A stretch of DNA of 64,000 nt from Flavobacteriales bacterium. GTDB lineage: Bacteria > Bacteroidota > Bacteroidia > Flavobacteriales > BACL11. The notes below the pieces were generated by a model. The model searched no databases. It was not told where the DNA came from and worked only from the letters and a program-made list of their open reading frames with translations. The stretch is taken from contig PBVH01000012.1 of NCBI GenBank assembly GCA_002728175.1, forward strand, positions 105,037-169,036, written 5' to 3'. The position numbers were made by a program, and so were the translations under genes. Every line of letters begins with the position of its first letter. Position 1 is the first letter of the stretch. Shown piece by piece: positions 8,704 through 19,041 of this stretch.

Positions 8704-10393
8704 ATAGTTTTTTGTCTTTAATCTTTTGTTGTAAAACATCAGAATCTGGCTCTAAAATTAATGCTTTTTTCCATTGATTAACAGCGTTTTTTATATCACC
8801 TAATTCATACAAAATATCTCCATAATGTTCTATTATTACTGCGCTTTTATATCCATCATTTTCTATTGCCTTATTTATCCACTCTTTAGCTTCAAAATAA
8901 TTTTGTTGTTGATATAAAATCCAGGCATAAGTATCTTGATATGTGCCGTTATTGGGCTCTAAAATATTAGCTTGATAAGACATTTTTTTTGCTTTTTCTA
9001 ATTTTTCTCTTCTTAAGGACAAATAATACGCATAATTATTTAAGATTATGACATTATTAGAATCTAGTTTTAGTGCTTTTTCAAAATAATTGTCTGATTT
9101 ACTATACTCTTTTATGTCGTGATATACATCTCCTAATGAAGAGTAATACTCTATCAACAATAAGTCATTATCAACAACAAAATCTAAGCCCGTTGTAAAA
9201 GACTCTATTGCTTGGTCATATTTTTCGAACCACTTGTTGGATAATCCATTAAAATAATAAAAAAGTGGGTTCATAGGAAAAAACGTTAGTGCTTCTCTGC
9301 TAGTTGATTGAAGTTCTAAAAAATTTCTTTGATCAGCTTGTATGAAAAGAACTTGGCTCCAGATTTCCTGCTTAGAATTATTTCTCTCTAATGCTAAAAA
9401 ATATTGTTCTTTTGCTTTTTGATATTGTTTGTCAGCGTACAACAAATCTGCAAACATAGCAAACGACATATAATCATCTTGATGAACATCTACTAATATT
9501 TCTGCAAGCTGAAATGCTTGACTTTTCATTTCTACACTAATTTCTAATAAAGAAAAATACGACGCTAAAACACTTGCTTTTGTTTCAATATTTAAATCTT
9601 TACTTTTAAATGCCAATATCAACTCGTTAAAAGATTTTTCATTGTCACCTGAATCTCTATAGTAATCAGCTAATGTTATGTGAAGTGTGCCGTTTTGAGG
9701 GTTTAGCAATGATATCTTTTGTAAGGTCTCAAACCCTTTTTCTTTTTGGTCTGATAGAAAATATGTTTCTGCCAACATTTGCAGTAAATCTATGTCATCC
9801 TCTACTTTTTCCAGATATTTTTTCAAAATATTTATGGCATTTTTTTTATCAAGCAACTGCATATAAATCTTATATATTTGTATTGTAACAACCTTGTCTG
9901 ATCCATTAATGTTTTGACACAAATTATATGTTTTGATTGCCTCTTTAAGCTTGTTTTGATATATCTGAGATTCTGCTAACAAAAAATAGTATTTTTTGTT
10001 TTTAGGTTCCATTTCAACTAGTCTTTCATATTGTTTAGTTGACTCTTGATATTTGTTGTTTTGAAATAGTATCTGTGCATATTCGTATAAATACCATTTA
10101 TTTTTTGATGATAAACGATTTGCTTCTTTGATATTTTTTTCAGCTAAAACATTATCACCAGTTTTTTTATAAATTCGAGCTAACTCATAATATGGAGCCG
10201 ATATTTTAGAATTAATTTCTATACATTTTTTAAAAGATTTTAAAGCCCCCTCGTAATCTTCTAAATTTTTTAAATTCATTGCTTTAAAAAATGATTTATC
10301 AAACAAAAACTTATTTTTCTCAGAAATATCAGAGCTTTGAGAATATGCGGTCAACCCAAATAATAATAATAATATCGTTATTTTGTTAAGCAT
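8696..10393 (-). CDS. Tetratricopeptide repeat protein, secreted
   Basis: 565-aa ORF with a signal peptide. TPR-like 34-aa periodicity runs throughout (for example AxxxYxxAL.L.P.N motifs). Confidence 0.8.
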   Translation of the reverse strand: MLNKITILLLLFGLTAYSQSSDISEKNKFLFDKSFFKAMNLKNLEDYEGALKSFKKCIEINSKISAPYYELARIYKKTGDNVLAEKNIKEANRLSSKNKWYLYEYAQILFQNNKYQESTKQYERLVEMEPKNKKYYFLLAESQIYQNKLKEAIKTYNLCQNINGSDKVVTIQIYKIYMQLLDKKNAINILKKYLEKVEDDIDLLQMLAETYFLSDQKEKGFETLQKISLLNPQNGTLHITLADYYRDSGDNEKSFNELILAFKSKDLNIETKASVLASYFSLLEISVEMKSQAFQLAEILVDVHQDDYMSFAMFADLLYADKQYQKAKEQYFLALERNNSKQEIWSQVLFIQADQRNFLELQSTSREALTFFPMNPLFYYFNGLSNKWFEKYDQAIESFTTGLDFVVDNDLLLIEYYSSLGDVYHDIKEYSKSDNYFEKALKLDSNNVIILNNYAYYLSLRREKLEKAKKMSYQANILEPNNGTYQDTYAWILYQQQNYFEAKEWINKAIENDGYKSAVIIEHYGDILYELGDIKNAVNQWKKALILEPDSDVLQQKIKDKKLYE

Positions 10394-10395
10394 AA

Positions 10396-11397
10396 TTATT
10401 TGACTTCAGTATAATCACCAAGACTTACTGTTTGCTTGGTATTATTAGATTTGAAAAAAACATTTCTACCAATCATCGAATTATAGAGTTGTGCTTCTGA
10501 TATTGATGAGTCTCCTTGAAGAATTGTGTTTTTAATTTTAGAGTTTTCAATAACTGTATTTGGGCCAACCGAAACATATGGCCCGATAACAGAGTTCTTA
10601 ATATTTGCGGAATCTGAAATATAACATGGTTCTATTATTTTGGAGTTTTCTAATTTCGCTTTTTTAGAAATATAATTACCCTTATTAATTAGAACACGAT
10701 GATTTGTATGTATTGTTGCTGCTTTATTTCCACAATCTAACCACTCTTGCACTCTTCCGGGTGAAAACATTTTCCCTTTTCGCTGCATATTTTCAAGAGC
10801 ATTTGTAAGCTGATACTCTCCTTTTTCCTTGATGTTATTATCAATTAAATATTGTAATTCTTCTTGTAAATATTTGCCATCATTAAAATAATAAATCCCA
10901 ATTATTGCTAAGTCTGAAACAAATTTCTCTGGTTTTTCAACAAATGCTGAGATATTGTTGTTAGTGTCCAGTTGAACCACGCCAAAAGATGATGGGTCGT
11001 CAATTTTACTCACCCATATAATGCCATCTTTTGACTTGTCAAGTTTAAATGTCGCCTTAAACAATGTGTCTGCAAATGCCACAACACAATTTCCTTTTAA
11101 AGAGTTTTTTGCACATAAAATTGCATGTGCAGTGCCAAGAGGTTTCTTCTGAAAATATATTTTGGGTATAGCCCCGAGTTTTAATGCTATAGCACATAAA
11201 CTTTCTTCTACCTCTTTACCAAAATCTCCAATTATAAATGCTATCTCTTCTACCTTTTCATCACATACGCTTACTATCTCTTCAACAAGATGTTGAACGA
11301 TCGGTTTTCCGGCAACACAAACTAATGGCTTTGGTGTTATTAATGTATGAGGTCTTAATCTAGAACCTCTTCCTGCCATTGGTACAATTATTTTCAT
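10396..11397 (-). CDS. Sugar-phosphate nucleotidyltransferase (RmlA/GlmU-like N-domain plus left-handed beta-helix C-domain)
   Basis: 333-aa ORF. The N-terminus MKIIVPMAGRGSRLRPHTLITPKPL carries the G-x-G-[ST]-R-L NTP-transferase motif. The C-terminus has hexapeptide-like repeats. Confidence 0.75.
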   Translation of the reverse strand: MKIIVPMAGRGSRLRPHTLITPKPLVCVAGKPIVQHLVEEIVSVCDEKVEEIAFIIGDFGKEVEESLCAIALKLGAIPKIYFQKKPLGTAHAILCAKNSLKGNCVVAFADTLFKATFKLDKSKDGIIWVSKIDDPSSFGVVQLDTNNNISAFVEKPEKFVSDLAIIGIYYFNDGKYLQEELQYLIDNNIKEKGEYQLTNALENMQRKGKMFSPGRVQEWLDCGNKAATIHTNHRVLINKGNYISKKAKLENSKIIEPCYISDSANIKNSVIGPYVSVGPNTVIENSKIKNTILQGDSSISEAQLYNSMIGRNVFFKSNNTKQTVSLGDYTEVK

Positions 11398-11411
11398 ATT
11401 AAAAATTTTCT

Positions 11412-11843
11412 TTAAACTCCTGTACTTCCGAAACCGCCCTCTCCTCTGGCAGATTCGTTTAAATCTTTAACCAAATCCCATTCAACAGTTTCGTGTTTAG
11501 CTATCACCATTTGTGCAATTCTATCTCCATCATTTATAAAAAATTGCTGATTTGAAAGATTAACAAGCAAAACTGATATCTCCCCCCTGTAGTCAGCATC
11601 AATAGTTCCTGGAGAATTTAAAACTGTAATTCCATTTTTATACGCCAATCCGCTTCTTGGTCTAATCTGCGCTTCATATCCCTTTGGAAGTTCTAAATGA
11701 ATACCAGTTTTTATCAACTTTCTTTCCAATGGTTGTAAAAATATTTTATCTTCTAAATTGGCGCGCAAATCAACTCCTGCCGATAGGCTTGTAGCGTAAT
11801 CTGGATGATTATGTTGTGACTTATTTATAATTTTTATTTTCAT
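11412..11843 (-). CDS. dut: dUTP diphosphatase
   Basis: The motifs [13 protein letters not shown] and [10 protein letters not shown] are typical of trimeric dUTPase. The track start at 11885 overlaps the upstream gene. The internal Met (MKIKIINK...) at 11843 matches the usual Dut N-terminus. Confidence 0.9.
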   Translation of the reverse strand: MKIKIINKSQHNHPDYATSLSAGVDLRANLEDKIFLQPLERKLIKTGIHLELPKGYEAQIRPRSGLAYKNGITVLNSPGTIDADYRGEISVLLVNLSNQQFFINDGDRIAQMVIAKHETVEWDLVKDLNESARGEGGFGSTGV

Positions 11844-11850
11844 TTTTAAT

Positions 11851-13254
11851 TTATTCGAAATTAATACTTTTTTTAGGTTTTTCAATAATAAATGCCATAA
11901 GTAGAAATAATGCTATCCATATCGTATCAACTAACATGCTGAAATCGGTATTCAAGACTATAAAGTAAATAGCAAGCATAGACAAAATATAAAAGGTGAT
12001 TCTTTTAATATTATAGGGTATTGGAAATTGTTTTTTTGATAGCAATAGTGAGGCTAGCGCCATTAAAAAATAACATATCAACGTTGCCCAAGCAGAGCCT
12101 ACAAAACTAATCTTTGGTATTAAATAGATATTAAGAATCAAAGTAATAATCGCTCCAAAAATTGATAATATTGCACCGTAATATGTTTTGTCAATTAACT
12201 TATACCATATTGATAAATTGTAATATATACCTAAAAACATATTTGCTAATAATAAAATTGAAACCACTTTAAAGCCTCTTTCATCACGAAAATCTTCTCC
12301 AATAAAATTAATTGCAACATCGAAAAATATTATTACACACAAGAAAATTGTTGCGGTTGTGATAACAAAATAATTTAATACTTGAGCATAAATCTTTACA
12401 TTGTTTTCTGATTTTTCCTGAGAGAAAAAAAACGGCTCTGCTGCATATCTAAAAGTTTGAATAAATAAAGTCATTATGATGGATAACTTATAAAAAGCCC
12501 CGTATATTCCTAATTCTGACATGGCAACATTTGTATCAGAAATATAAAACTTAAGTAAAATTCTATCAATTGCTTCATTTGTCATACCTGCCAATCCTAC
12601 AAATAGTAGCGGAAGGGAGTATCTGATCATTTTTCTGTATAGTTTTGCATCAAAAACCCAATTTATATATACTAGTTCTGGTGTAAGTAAAAAAAGTGTA
12701 ATTGTTGATGATATAAGATTTGCAATAAAAACATATTCAAAACCACAATGCATTATTATCACAAAATATATATTAAGCGCAATATTAACTAATATATTGA
12801 TAAGTTTGATTATAGAAAATCTAACTGCTTTATTTTGATTTCTTAAGCGGGCAAAAGGTATTGCCGAAACAACATCTAAAAATATTATAAATGAAAGCCA
12901 AACAATAAGTTTTTCAGAGCCAACATTTCCTGTTGCGTTTGCAATTGTTTCGGTTTTAAAGTTTATAAAAAAAAGAAATAGTAAAGCTGTTGTTAGCACT
13001 GAAATTAGCGCAGTACTATAAACGTTTCTCTTCTTATATTTATTCGAAAACCTAAAAAATGTAGTTTCCATTCCGTAGGTTAAAAAGATTAGAAAAAAAG
13101 CTAGATACGCATACATTTCTGTAATTACACCATAATCTTCAGGAATAAAAACCCTTGTATATAAAGGAACTAATAAATAATTAAGCAATCTGCCTATTAC
13201 GCTACTTAAGCCGTAAATTGCAGTTTGACTTAATAATTTTTTAAACGGATTCAA
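11851..13254 (-). CDS. MOP-superfamily oligosaccharide/polysaccharide flippase (Wzx/MurJ-like)
   Basis: 467-aa polytopic membrane ORF with about 12-14 hydrophobic segments. The N-terminus [26 protein letters not shown] is typical of polysaccharide biosynthesis/flippase proteins. Confidence 0.7.
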   Translation of the reverse strand: MNPFKKLLSQTAIYGLSSVIGRLLNYLLVPLYTRVFIPEDYGVITEMYAYLAFFLIFLTYGMETTFFRFSNKYKKRNVYSTALISVLTTALLFLFFINFKTETIANATGNVGSEKLIVWLSFIIFLDVVSAIPFARLRNQNKAVRFSIIKLINILVNIALNIYFVIIMHCGFEYVFIANLISSTITLFLLTPELVYINWVFDAKLYRKMIRYSLPLLFVGLAGMTNEAIDRILLKFYISDTNVAMSELGIYGAFYKLSIIMTLFIQTFRYAAEPFFFSQEKSENNVKIYAQVLNYFVITTATIFLCVIIFFDVAINFIGEDFRDERGFKVVSILLLANMFLGIYYNLSIWYKLIDKTYYGAILSIFGAIITLILNIYLIPKISFVGSAWATLICYFLMALASLLLSKKQFPIPYNIKRITFYILSMLAIYFIVLNTDFSMLVDTIWIALFLLMAFIIEKPKKSINFE

Positions 13255-14028
13255 TTAAAAATTTGGTTTTCTTTTTTCTACAAACGCTCTAACACCTTCA
13301 TTAAAATCATCTGATTTAAAACAACTACCAAACAACTTTTTCTCTTCCTCATAGCCTTTTTGTGTATTATATAAACCTTTATTAACAGCTTTTATTGTCT
13401 TTTCAATTGCACAAGGTGAATTTTTAATAATTCGACTTGCTATTGTTGTAGCCTTATTCATTAATTCCTCTGCACTACACACGTGGTTTATTAGTCCTAT
13501 TTCTTTTGCTTCATTAGCGGTAATCATATCAGCGGTTAGTATAATTTCATAGGCTTTTCCGGGACCAACTAATTTTGTTAGTCTTTGTGTTCCTCCATAG
13601 CCTGGTATAACACCTAAAGACACTTCAGGCAGTCCTACTTTGGCTGTTACTGAAGATATTCTTATGTGGCATGCCATTGCCAACTCTAACCCTCCTCCTA
13701 AAGCAAAACCATTAATTGCGGCAATAACAGGTTTTGATAAATTTTCAAGTAAATCAAAAACCTTTTCTTGACCTGATCTTGCAAGTTGTTCACCTTCTTT
13801 TTGATCAAAATTCATAAATTCCTTGATATCAGCACCAGCAACAAATGCTTTATCTCCAGCTCCTGTAATTATTAAACAACGAATTGACTTATCAATATTA
13901 ATATTTTTTAGAGCTAAACTTAATTCGTCTATTAATTTTATGTTTAAACTATTTAAGTTATCTGGTCTATTAATCGTCAAGTAACAGATTTTATTTTTTA
14001 TCTCTATTTTTATATAGCTGTAATCCAT
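13255..14028 (-). CDS. Enoyl-CoA hydratase/isomerase (crotonase) family protein
   Basis: 257-aa ORF with crotonase motifs FVAGADIKEF and INGFALGGGLELAMACH. Confidence 0.85.
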   Translation of the reverse strand: MDYSYIKIEIKNKICYLTINRPDNLNSLNIKLIDELSLALKNINIDKSIRCLIITGAGDKAFVAGADIKEFMNFDQKEGEQLARSGQEKVFDLLENLSKPVIAAINGFALGGGLELAMACHIRISSVTAKVGLPEVSLGVIPGYGGTQRLTKLVGPGKAYEIILTADMITANEAKEIGLINHVCSAEELMNKATTIASRIIKNSPCAIEKTIKAVNKGLYNTQKGYEEEKKLFGSCFKSDDFNEGVRAFVEKRKPNF

Positions 14029-14084
14029 AGTAATGTTTTTAGATATAAGTTATTTCAAATATTTAAGAGTATTCTCTTCTGTTT

Positions 14085-14948
14085 TTAGTTGTTTAGAGCC
14101 TCTGCTCCACCAACTATCTCTAAAATTTCACCAGTAATAGCAGCTTGTCTTGCCTTATTATATGTTAAGGTCAACTCTTTCTTTAATTCTGCAGCATTAT
14201 CTGTAGCTTTGTGCATAGCTGTCATTCTGGCGCCATGCTCTGCGGCATGAGAATCAAGAACCGCCTTAAAGAGTTGTGTTTTTAATGATTTTGGAATTAA
14301 CTCTTTTACAATTTCTGTTTGATTGGGTTCGAAAATATAGTCTGCTGTTTGTGTACTTTCTTTAGCGGTATTATCTATTGGCAAATAATTTTCATTCATT
14401 ATTATTTGTGTTGCAGCATTTTTAAACTGATTATACACTAAAACTACCCTGTCAAATTCTTTTGAGAGAAACTTATTTATAATTGTTTCTGCAATTTTTG
14501 ATATGTTTTCAAACGTTAAATCGTTATAGACCTCGTCATGAACAGAAAACATTTTAAAGCCATTTTTAGTAAAATGTTCAGAAGATTTTTTTCCAATTGA
14601 CAATATTTCAACATTACTATTCTTATTCTGCTTTTCAATTATACTTTTAACGCTTTTAATAATATATGAATTAAATCCCCCGCACAATCCTCTATTGGAA
14701 GTAATAGAGACTATTAAAAGTTTTTTAACCTCTCTCGACTCAGAATACTGATTGTTTTCAGATCCGTCAAGACTTGAGCTAAGACTTTGTAAAAGATCTG
14801 TCAGTTTATTAGAATATGGTCGCATTTGAGTTATTGCATCTTGGGCTCTTTTAAGCTTTGCGGCAGATACCATTTTCATTGCTGATGTAATCTGCATAGT
14901 AGAACCAACAGACGTTATTCTTGATCTAATCTCTTTGAGGTTTGGCAT
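14085..14948 (-). CDS. atpG: F0F1 ATP synthase subunit gamma
   Basis: 287-aa ORF with N-terminus MPNLKEIRSRITSVGSTMQITSAMKMVSAAKL and C-terminus ITGEILEIVGGAEAL, both canonical for the gamma subunit. Confidence 0.92.
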   Translation of the reverse strand: MPNLKEIRSRITSVGSTMQITSAMKMVSAAKLKRAQDAITQMRPYSNKLTDLLQSLSSSLDGSENNQYSESREVKKLLIVSITSNRGLCGGFNSYIIKSVKSIIEKQNKNSNVEILSIGKKSSEHFTKNGFKMFSVHDEVYNDLTFENISKIAETIINKFLSKEFDRVVLVYNQFKNAATQIIMNENYLPIDNTAKESTQTADYIFEPNQTEIVKELIPKSLKTQLFKAVLDSHAAEHGARMTAMHKATDNAAELKKELTLTYNKARQAAITGEILEIVGGAEALNN

Positions 14949-14953
14949 TTTAT

Positions 14954-16537
14954 TTAGTCTTTTTTATACTTTTTTGATAATTCAGCAGCTACCGTTGATA
15001 GTGTTGATGTAATTTCATCAGTTAACTTTCCAGAAGCTAAATCGTCAAGAACATTTTGATGTTTTGAATGTAAAAACGCTATATAATCTGTTTCGAACTC
15101 CTTTATCTTGTCAACTGGAACATCCATTAGCAGACCATTTGTACCACAATAAATAATAGCGGCCTGCTCTTCAACCCTTAGAGGTGAGTATTGTCCTTGC
15201 TTTAAAATTTCTACGTTTCGTTTTCCTTTTTCAATTACTGCGGTAGTTGCAGCATCTAAGTCAGAGCCAAACTTAGCAAATGCCTCAAGTTCTCTATACT
15301 GTGCTTGATCAAGTTTAAGTGTTCCTGATATTTTTTTCATAGATTTAATTTGAGCAGCACCCCCAACTCGAGAAACTGAAATTCCAACGTTAATTGCTGG
15401 CCTAACACCTGATAAAAACAGATTAGACTCTAAAAATATTTGACCATCAGTGATTGATATAACATTTGTTGGTATATAGGCAGAAACATCACCAGCCTGT
15501 GTTTCAATAATTGGTAGCGCTGTTAAAGAGCCTCCACCTTTTACTTTGTTTTTGAGTGACTCGGGTAAATCATTCATTTGAGAAGCTATTTTATCATCGT
15601 TTATAATTTTAGCTGCTCTTTCTAAAAGTCTTGAGTGTAGATAAAACACATCACCTGGATAAGCTTCTCTTCCTGGTGGTCTTCTTAATAATAATGAAAC
15701 CTCTCTATATGCTACAGCCTGTTTAGATAAATCATCAAAAATAATCAAGGCAGGCCTACCTGTGTCTCTAAAGTACTCGCCAACTGATGCCCCAACTAAT
15801 GGCGCATAAAATTGCATTGGTGCAGGGTCTGAAGCATTTGCAGAAACAATAACAGTATAATCTAAAGCCCCCGCCTTATCTAGTGTATCTGCTAACGCGG
15901 CTACTGTTGATGCTTTTTGCCCAACAGCAACATAAATACAAAAAACAGGTTCACCCTTTTCATAAAATTCCTTTTGATTTATTATCGTATCTATCGCAAC
16001 TGCTGTTTTTCCTGTTTGTCTGTCTCCGATAATTAACTCCCTCTGACCTCTTCCAATAGGAATCATTGCATCGACTGCTTTTAATCCAGTTTGTAACGGC
16101 TCATCCACTGGTTGTCTATAAATAACTCCCGGAGCTTTTCGTTCAATAGGCATAGCATAAGTTTCTCCATTAATAGGTCCCTTTCCATCAATTGGTGTGC
16201 CAGTTCCGTCAATAACCCTACCAAGCATACCCTCACCAACATCTACAGATGCTATTCTATTTGTTCTTTTAACAGTGTCTCCTTCCTTAATTCCTTTGGA
16301 TGGGCCTAATAAAACCACACCTACATTGTCTTCTTCTAAATTTAAAACCACACCTCTAACTTCATTTTCAAATTCTACTAATTCTCCTGATTGAGCATTT
16401 GTGAGCCCATAAATTCTAGCGATACCGTCTCCAACCTGAAGTACAGTTCCTATTTCTTCTAATTGTGCTTCAGTTTTAAATCCTGATAATTGTTCTCTTA
16501 AGATAGCTGATACTTCAGCTGGTTTTACATCTGCCAT
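14954..16537 (-). CDS. atpA: F0F1 ATP synthase subunit alpha
   Basis: 527-aa ORF with Walker A GDRQTGKT. The sequence is alpha-subunit-like throughout. Confidence 0.95.
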   Translation of the reverse strand: MADVKPAEVSAILREQLSGFKTEAQLEEIGTVLQVGDGIARIYGLTNAQSGELVEFENEVRGVVLNLEEDNVGVVLLGPSKGIKEGDTVKRTNRIASVDVGEGMLGRVIDGTGTPIDGKGPINGETYAMPIERKAPGVIYRQPVDEPLQTGLKAVDAMIPIGRGQRELIIGDRQTGKTAVAIDTIINQKEFYEKGEPVFCIYVAVGQKASTVAALADTLDKAGALDYTVIVSANASDPAPMQFYAPLVGASVGEYFRDTGRPALIIFDDLSKQAVAYREVSLLLRRPPGREAYPGDVFYLHSRLLERAAKIINDDKIASQMNDLPESLKNKVKGGGSLTALPIIETQAGDVSAYIPTNVISITDGQIFLESNLFLSGVRPAINVGISVSRVGGAAQIKSMKKISGTLKLDQAQYRELEAFAKFGSDLDAATTAVIEKGKRNVEILKQGQYSPLRVEEQAAIIYCGTNGLLMDVPVDKIKEFETDYIAFLHSKHQNVLDDLASGKLTDEITSTLSTVAAELSKKYKKD

Positions 16538-16549
16538 GTTTTTTTAATT

Positions 16550-17107
16550 TTAGTAATCTTGTATATATAGATTTTTGTTAAACTTGTGTTTTAATTTTTG
16601 TAATGTACTTGAAACACTGCTGTCAAGTTGTTTGTCTGCCACTCGTATAATCGAGCCTCCAATAATTTTATCATCTACAACCTCATTAAGTTCGATTTTC
16701 TCTTGAAATCTGTTTTTGAGAACATTTAAAATATTCTCTCTTAATTGAGGGTCTAATTTTTGTGCAGTAATAATGTTTGCTGTTTCTATATTGTTCTTTT
16801 GTTTGTAAACTTCAATAAATTTATTTGCTATATCGTACAACAAAGACTCTCTCTTTTTTTGAGTTATGATTTTTAAAAAGAGTTTTGATATATTAGATAT
16901 TTTTTTTTCGAAAATCTGATCTAAAATTTTTAATTTTTTATCTGTTTTTATTATCGGGCTTTTTAAAAACAATGTCAAATCCTTATTTTCACGACATGCG
17001 TTTGACAATTTTTGCATATCATTATAAACATCCAACTCAGACTTGTTTTCAATTGCTAATCCGTAAAGGGCTTTTGCATATCTAACTGTTACTCTAGCGT
17101 TTCTCAT
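16550..17107 (-). CDS. atpH: F0F1 ATP synthase subunit delta (OSCP)
   Basis: 185-aa ORF lying between atpF and atpA. The N-terminus RYAKALYGLA is typical of delta/OSCP. Confidence 0.85.
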   Translation of the reverse strand: MRNARVTVRYAKALYGLAIENKSELDVYNDMQKLSNACRENKDLTLFLKSPIIKTDKKLKILDQIFEKKISNISKLFLKIITQKKRESLLYDIANKFIEVYKQKNNIETANIITAQKLDPQLRENILNVLKNRFQEKIELNEVVDDKIIGGSIIRVADKQLDSSVSSTLQKLKHKFNKNLYIQDY

Positions 17108-17110
17108 TTG

Positions 17111-17611
17111 TTAATTTAAATCTTTTTGCTTCAAAGTTCTCTCTATCATCTCTGATTGGGCTTTTTTATCAGAAAGCTCTGACTTTAATATTTTTTCAGC
17201 CATTTCAATTGATAAGTTAGCCACCTCATTTTTTAATTCAGTAATAGCCTTAAGCTTCTCATTTCTTATTTGTTCTTTTGCTGTTGTTAATATTTTTTCA
17301 GCATCTTGATTGGCGCTTTCTTTAGCCTCATTTATTATTTTTTCTTTCATTTCTCTAGCTTCCTTTAACAAGCCGTCTCTTTCTAACTTTGCTTCATGCA
17401 AAATTCTTTCATTGTCAGCATTTAAGCTCTTCATTTCCTCTTTAGCTTTCTCTGCGGAATCCAAAGCATTTTTAATACCCTCTTCTCTTTCTTCTACTGC
17501 AGAAAGGATAGGTTTCCAGGCGTATTTTTTCAACACAAAAATCAGTATTACAAACAGAAGTGTTTGCCAAAAAAACAACCCTAAAGAAAAATCAGTAATT
17601 AGTTTATCCAT
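17111..17611 (-). CDS. atpF: F0F1 ATP synthase subunit b
   Basis: 166-aa ORF with a single N-terminal TM helix followed by a long charged helix. It sits in the expected position in the atp operon. Confidence 0.85.
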   Translation of the reverse strand: MDKLITDFSLGLFFWQTLLFVILIFVLKKYAWKPILSAVEEREEGIKNALDSAEKAKEEMKSLNADNERILHEAKLERDGLLKEAREMKEKIINEAKESANQDAEKILTTAKEQIRNEKLKAITELKNEVANLSIEMAEKILKSELSDKKAQSEMIERTLKQKDLN

Positions 17612-17634
17612 TTTTTAAAATTTAAAGTTTTTAA

Positions 17635-17676
17635 ACCAAAGCTACAAGCAACCCTTATAGCTCTGGTTAGTTTGGT
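17635..17676 (-). promoter_or_regulatory. Intercistronic stem-loop between atpE and atpF, a possible attenuator or mRNA-stabilising hairpin
   Basis: The minus-strand RNA has a 9-bp stem AGCUAUAAG-GGUUG-CUUGUAGCU (17662..17640, one G-U pair). It is extended by ACCAA/UUGGU across an internal loop and followed by a U/A-rich tract before the atpF ATG. Confidence 0.45.
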
Positions 17677-17681
17677 ATCTT

Positions 17682-17873
17682 TTACAGTGCAAATAACGCC
17701 GCAAAACCTATACCTTCAATTAGTGCAGCTGCTATAAGCATCACAGTTTGTATTTTTCCGGTTAACTCTGGTTGTCTCGCCATTGCTTCCAAGGCCGAAC
17801 CACCAATTCTACCGATACCAATACCTGCTCCGATTACAACTAAACCACCACCTACAATTGCTGGGATTTCCAT
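17682..17873 (-). CDS. atpE: F0F1 ATP synthase subunit c
   Basis: 63-aa hairpin proteolipid with a G-rich helix 1 and the essential carboxylate in AALIEGIGF. Confidence 0.9.
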   Translation of the reverse strand: MEIPAIVGGGLVVIGAGIGIGRIGGSALEAMARQPELTGKIQTVMLIAAALIEGIGFAALFAL

Positions 17874-17912
17874 AATAATAAATTAGTTAAATTAAACACT
17901 CTAGTTAATATT

Positions 17913-18986
17913 TTAATGCTCATCATGATGGTGTTCTTCAACTGCCGCACCAAAATATAGAGCAGATAACATTGTAAAAATATATGCTTGCAAAGCACAA
18001 ACCAATAATTCCAATAATGCTAAGGCAAAAGCAAGTCCAAAAGAAAGAGTTCCACCTAGCCAATTTTGAAAAATAAAAATTAGCCCCAAAATACTCATGA
18101 GGACAACATGCCCTGCGGTCATATTAGCATAAAGCCTAATCATTAGTGAAAAAGGCTTTATAATTGTTCCTAAAAGCTCTATCGGCGCTAAAATTATTTT
18201 CATTGGAGTTGGAACGCCCGGCATCCAAAAAATATGACCCCAATAGTTTTTGTTTGCCGTAAATGTTGTTATAACATAAGTTAATACCGCTAACGAAGCT
18301 GTAACGGCAATGCTATTGGTTACATTGGAACCAAGGGGAGTTAAACCGAAAAGGTTAACAAACCATATAAAAAAGAATACCGTTAAAAGAAAACTCATAT
18401 ATCTTTTATAGTGATTCTCACCTATATTTGGCCTTGCAATATCATCCCTAATATACAAAACTATGGGCTCCAAAAGTCTACCGATTCCAGTTGGAACTGG
18501 ATTAGTCTTATACGATTTTGCCATTTTTCCAAAAACAACAACCATAACAAAAAATGCTATAAGAATAAACACTACGTTTTTTGTGATAGACAAATCTAGC
18601 AAACTTAAAGATTTACCTAAAGAGTTCCTTGCTTTAATGTGTTCATGATCATCAATCTTATATATTCTGTCATCAACCTTATACTCAACTCTTTTGTTTT
18701 TATCGTTGTAGAATTTTGAAGACATGAAAACATCTAATTCTCCCTCGCAATAAATAATTATCGGAAGTGGGAAAGAAACATATACTGTTTTATCTTCTTT
18801 TTTATACTTGAAGAGTTTAAATGAGTGTATATCTTTTAGGTGGTGGTCTTTAAATGCCTTATACTCTTTTCTTACATCCCGATCAGGGTAGTTACTTTTT
18901 TCTTGCTCACCAGCAAACACATAGTTTGAACAGCTTGTTAATAGTATTAATATTGCTATAAATAAAACTGTCTTTATGTTGTTCAT
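17913..18986 (-). CDS. atpB: F0F1 ATP synthase subunit a, with an N-terminal extension of about 130 aa
   Basis: 357-aa ORF. The C-terminal two-thirds carries the a-subunit motif LMIRLYANMTAGH with the essential Arg. The N-terminal part has a signal or lipoprotein-like leader and a soluble segment. Confidence 0.88.
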   Translation of the reverse strand: MNNIKTVLFIAILILLTSCSNYVFAGEQEKSNYPDRDVRKEYKAFKDHHLKDIHSFKLFKYKKEDKTVYVSFPLPIIIYCEGELDVFMSSKFYNDKNKRVEYKVDDRIYKIDDHEHIKARNSLGKSLSLLDLSITKNVVFILIAFFVMVVVFGKMAKSYKTNPVPTGIGRLLEPIVLYIRDDIARPNIGENHYKRYMSFLLTVFFFIWFVNLFGLTPLGSNVTNSIAVTASLAVLTYVITTFTANKNYWGHIFWMPGVPTPMKIILAPIELLGTIIKPFSLMIRLYANMTAGHVVLMSILGLIFIFQNWLGGTLSFGLAFALALLELLVCALQAYIFTMLSALYFGAAVEEHHHDEH

Positions 18987-19041
18987 TTTAATTTTTTGAG
19001 TTCAATTTTAGACGTTACAAAATTAGATTTTTTAACGAAAT

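Noticed and set aside
14029-14084. An intrinsic terminator after atpG.
   Set aside because: The only candidate is a 5-bp AAGAG/CUCUU stem with no following U-tract, which is too weak to call.
17682-17873. A Na+-translocating type of c subunit.
   Set aside because: The ion-binding helix reads LIEGIGF. The Glu is followed by Gly and not Ser/Thr, and helix 1 lacks the Gln of the Na+ motif. This is consistent with an ordinary H+-coupled enzyme.
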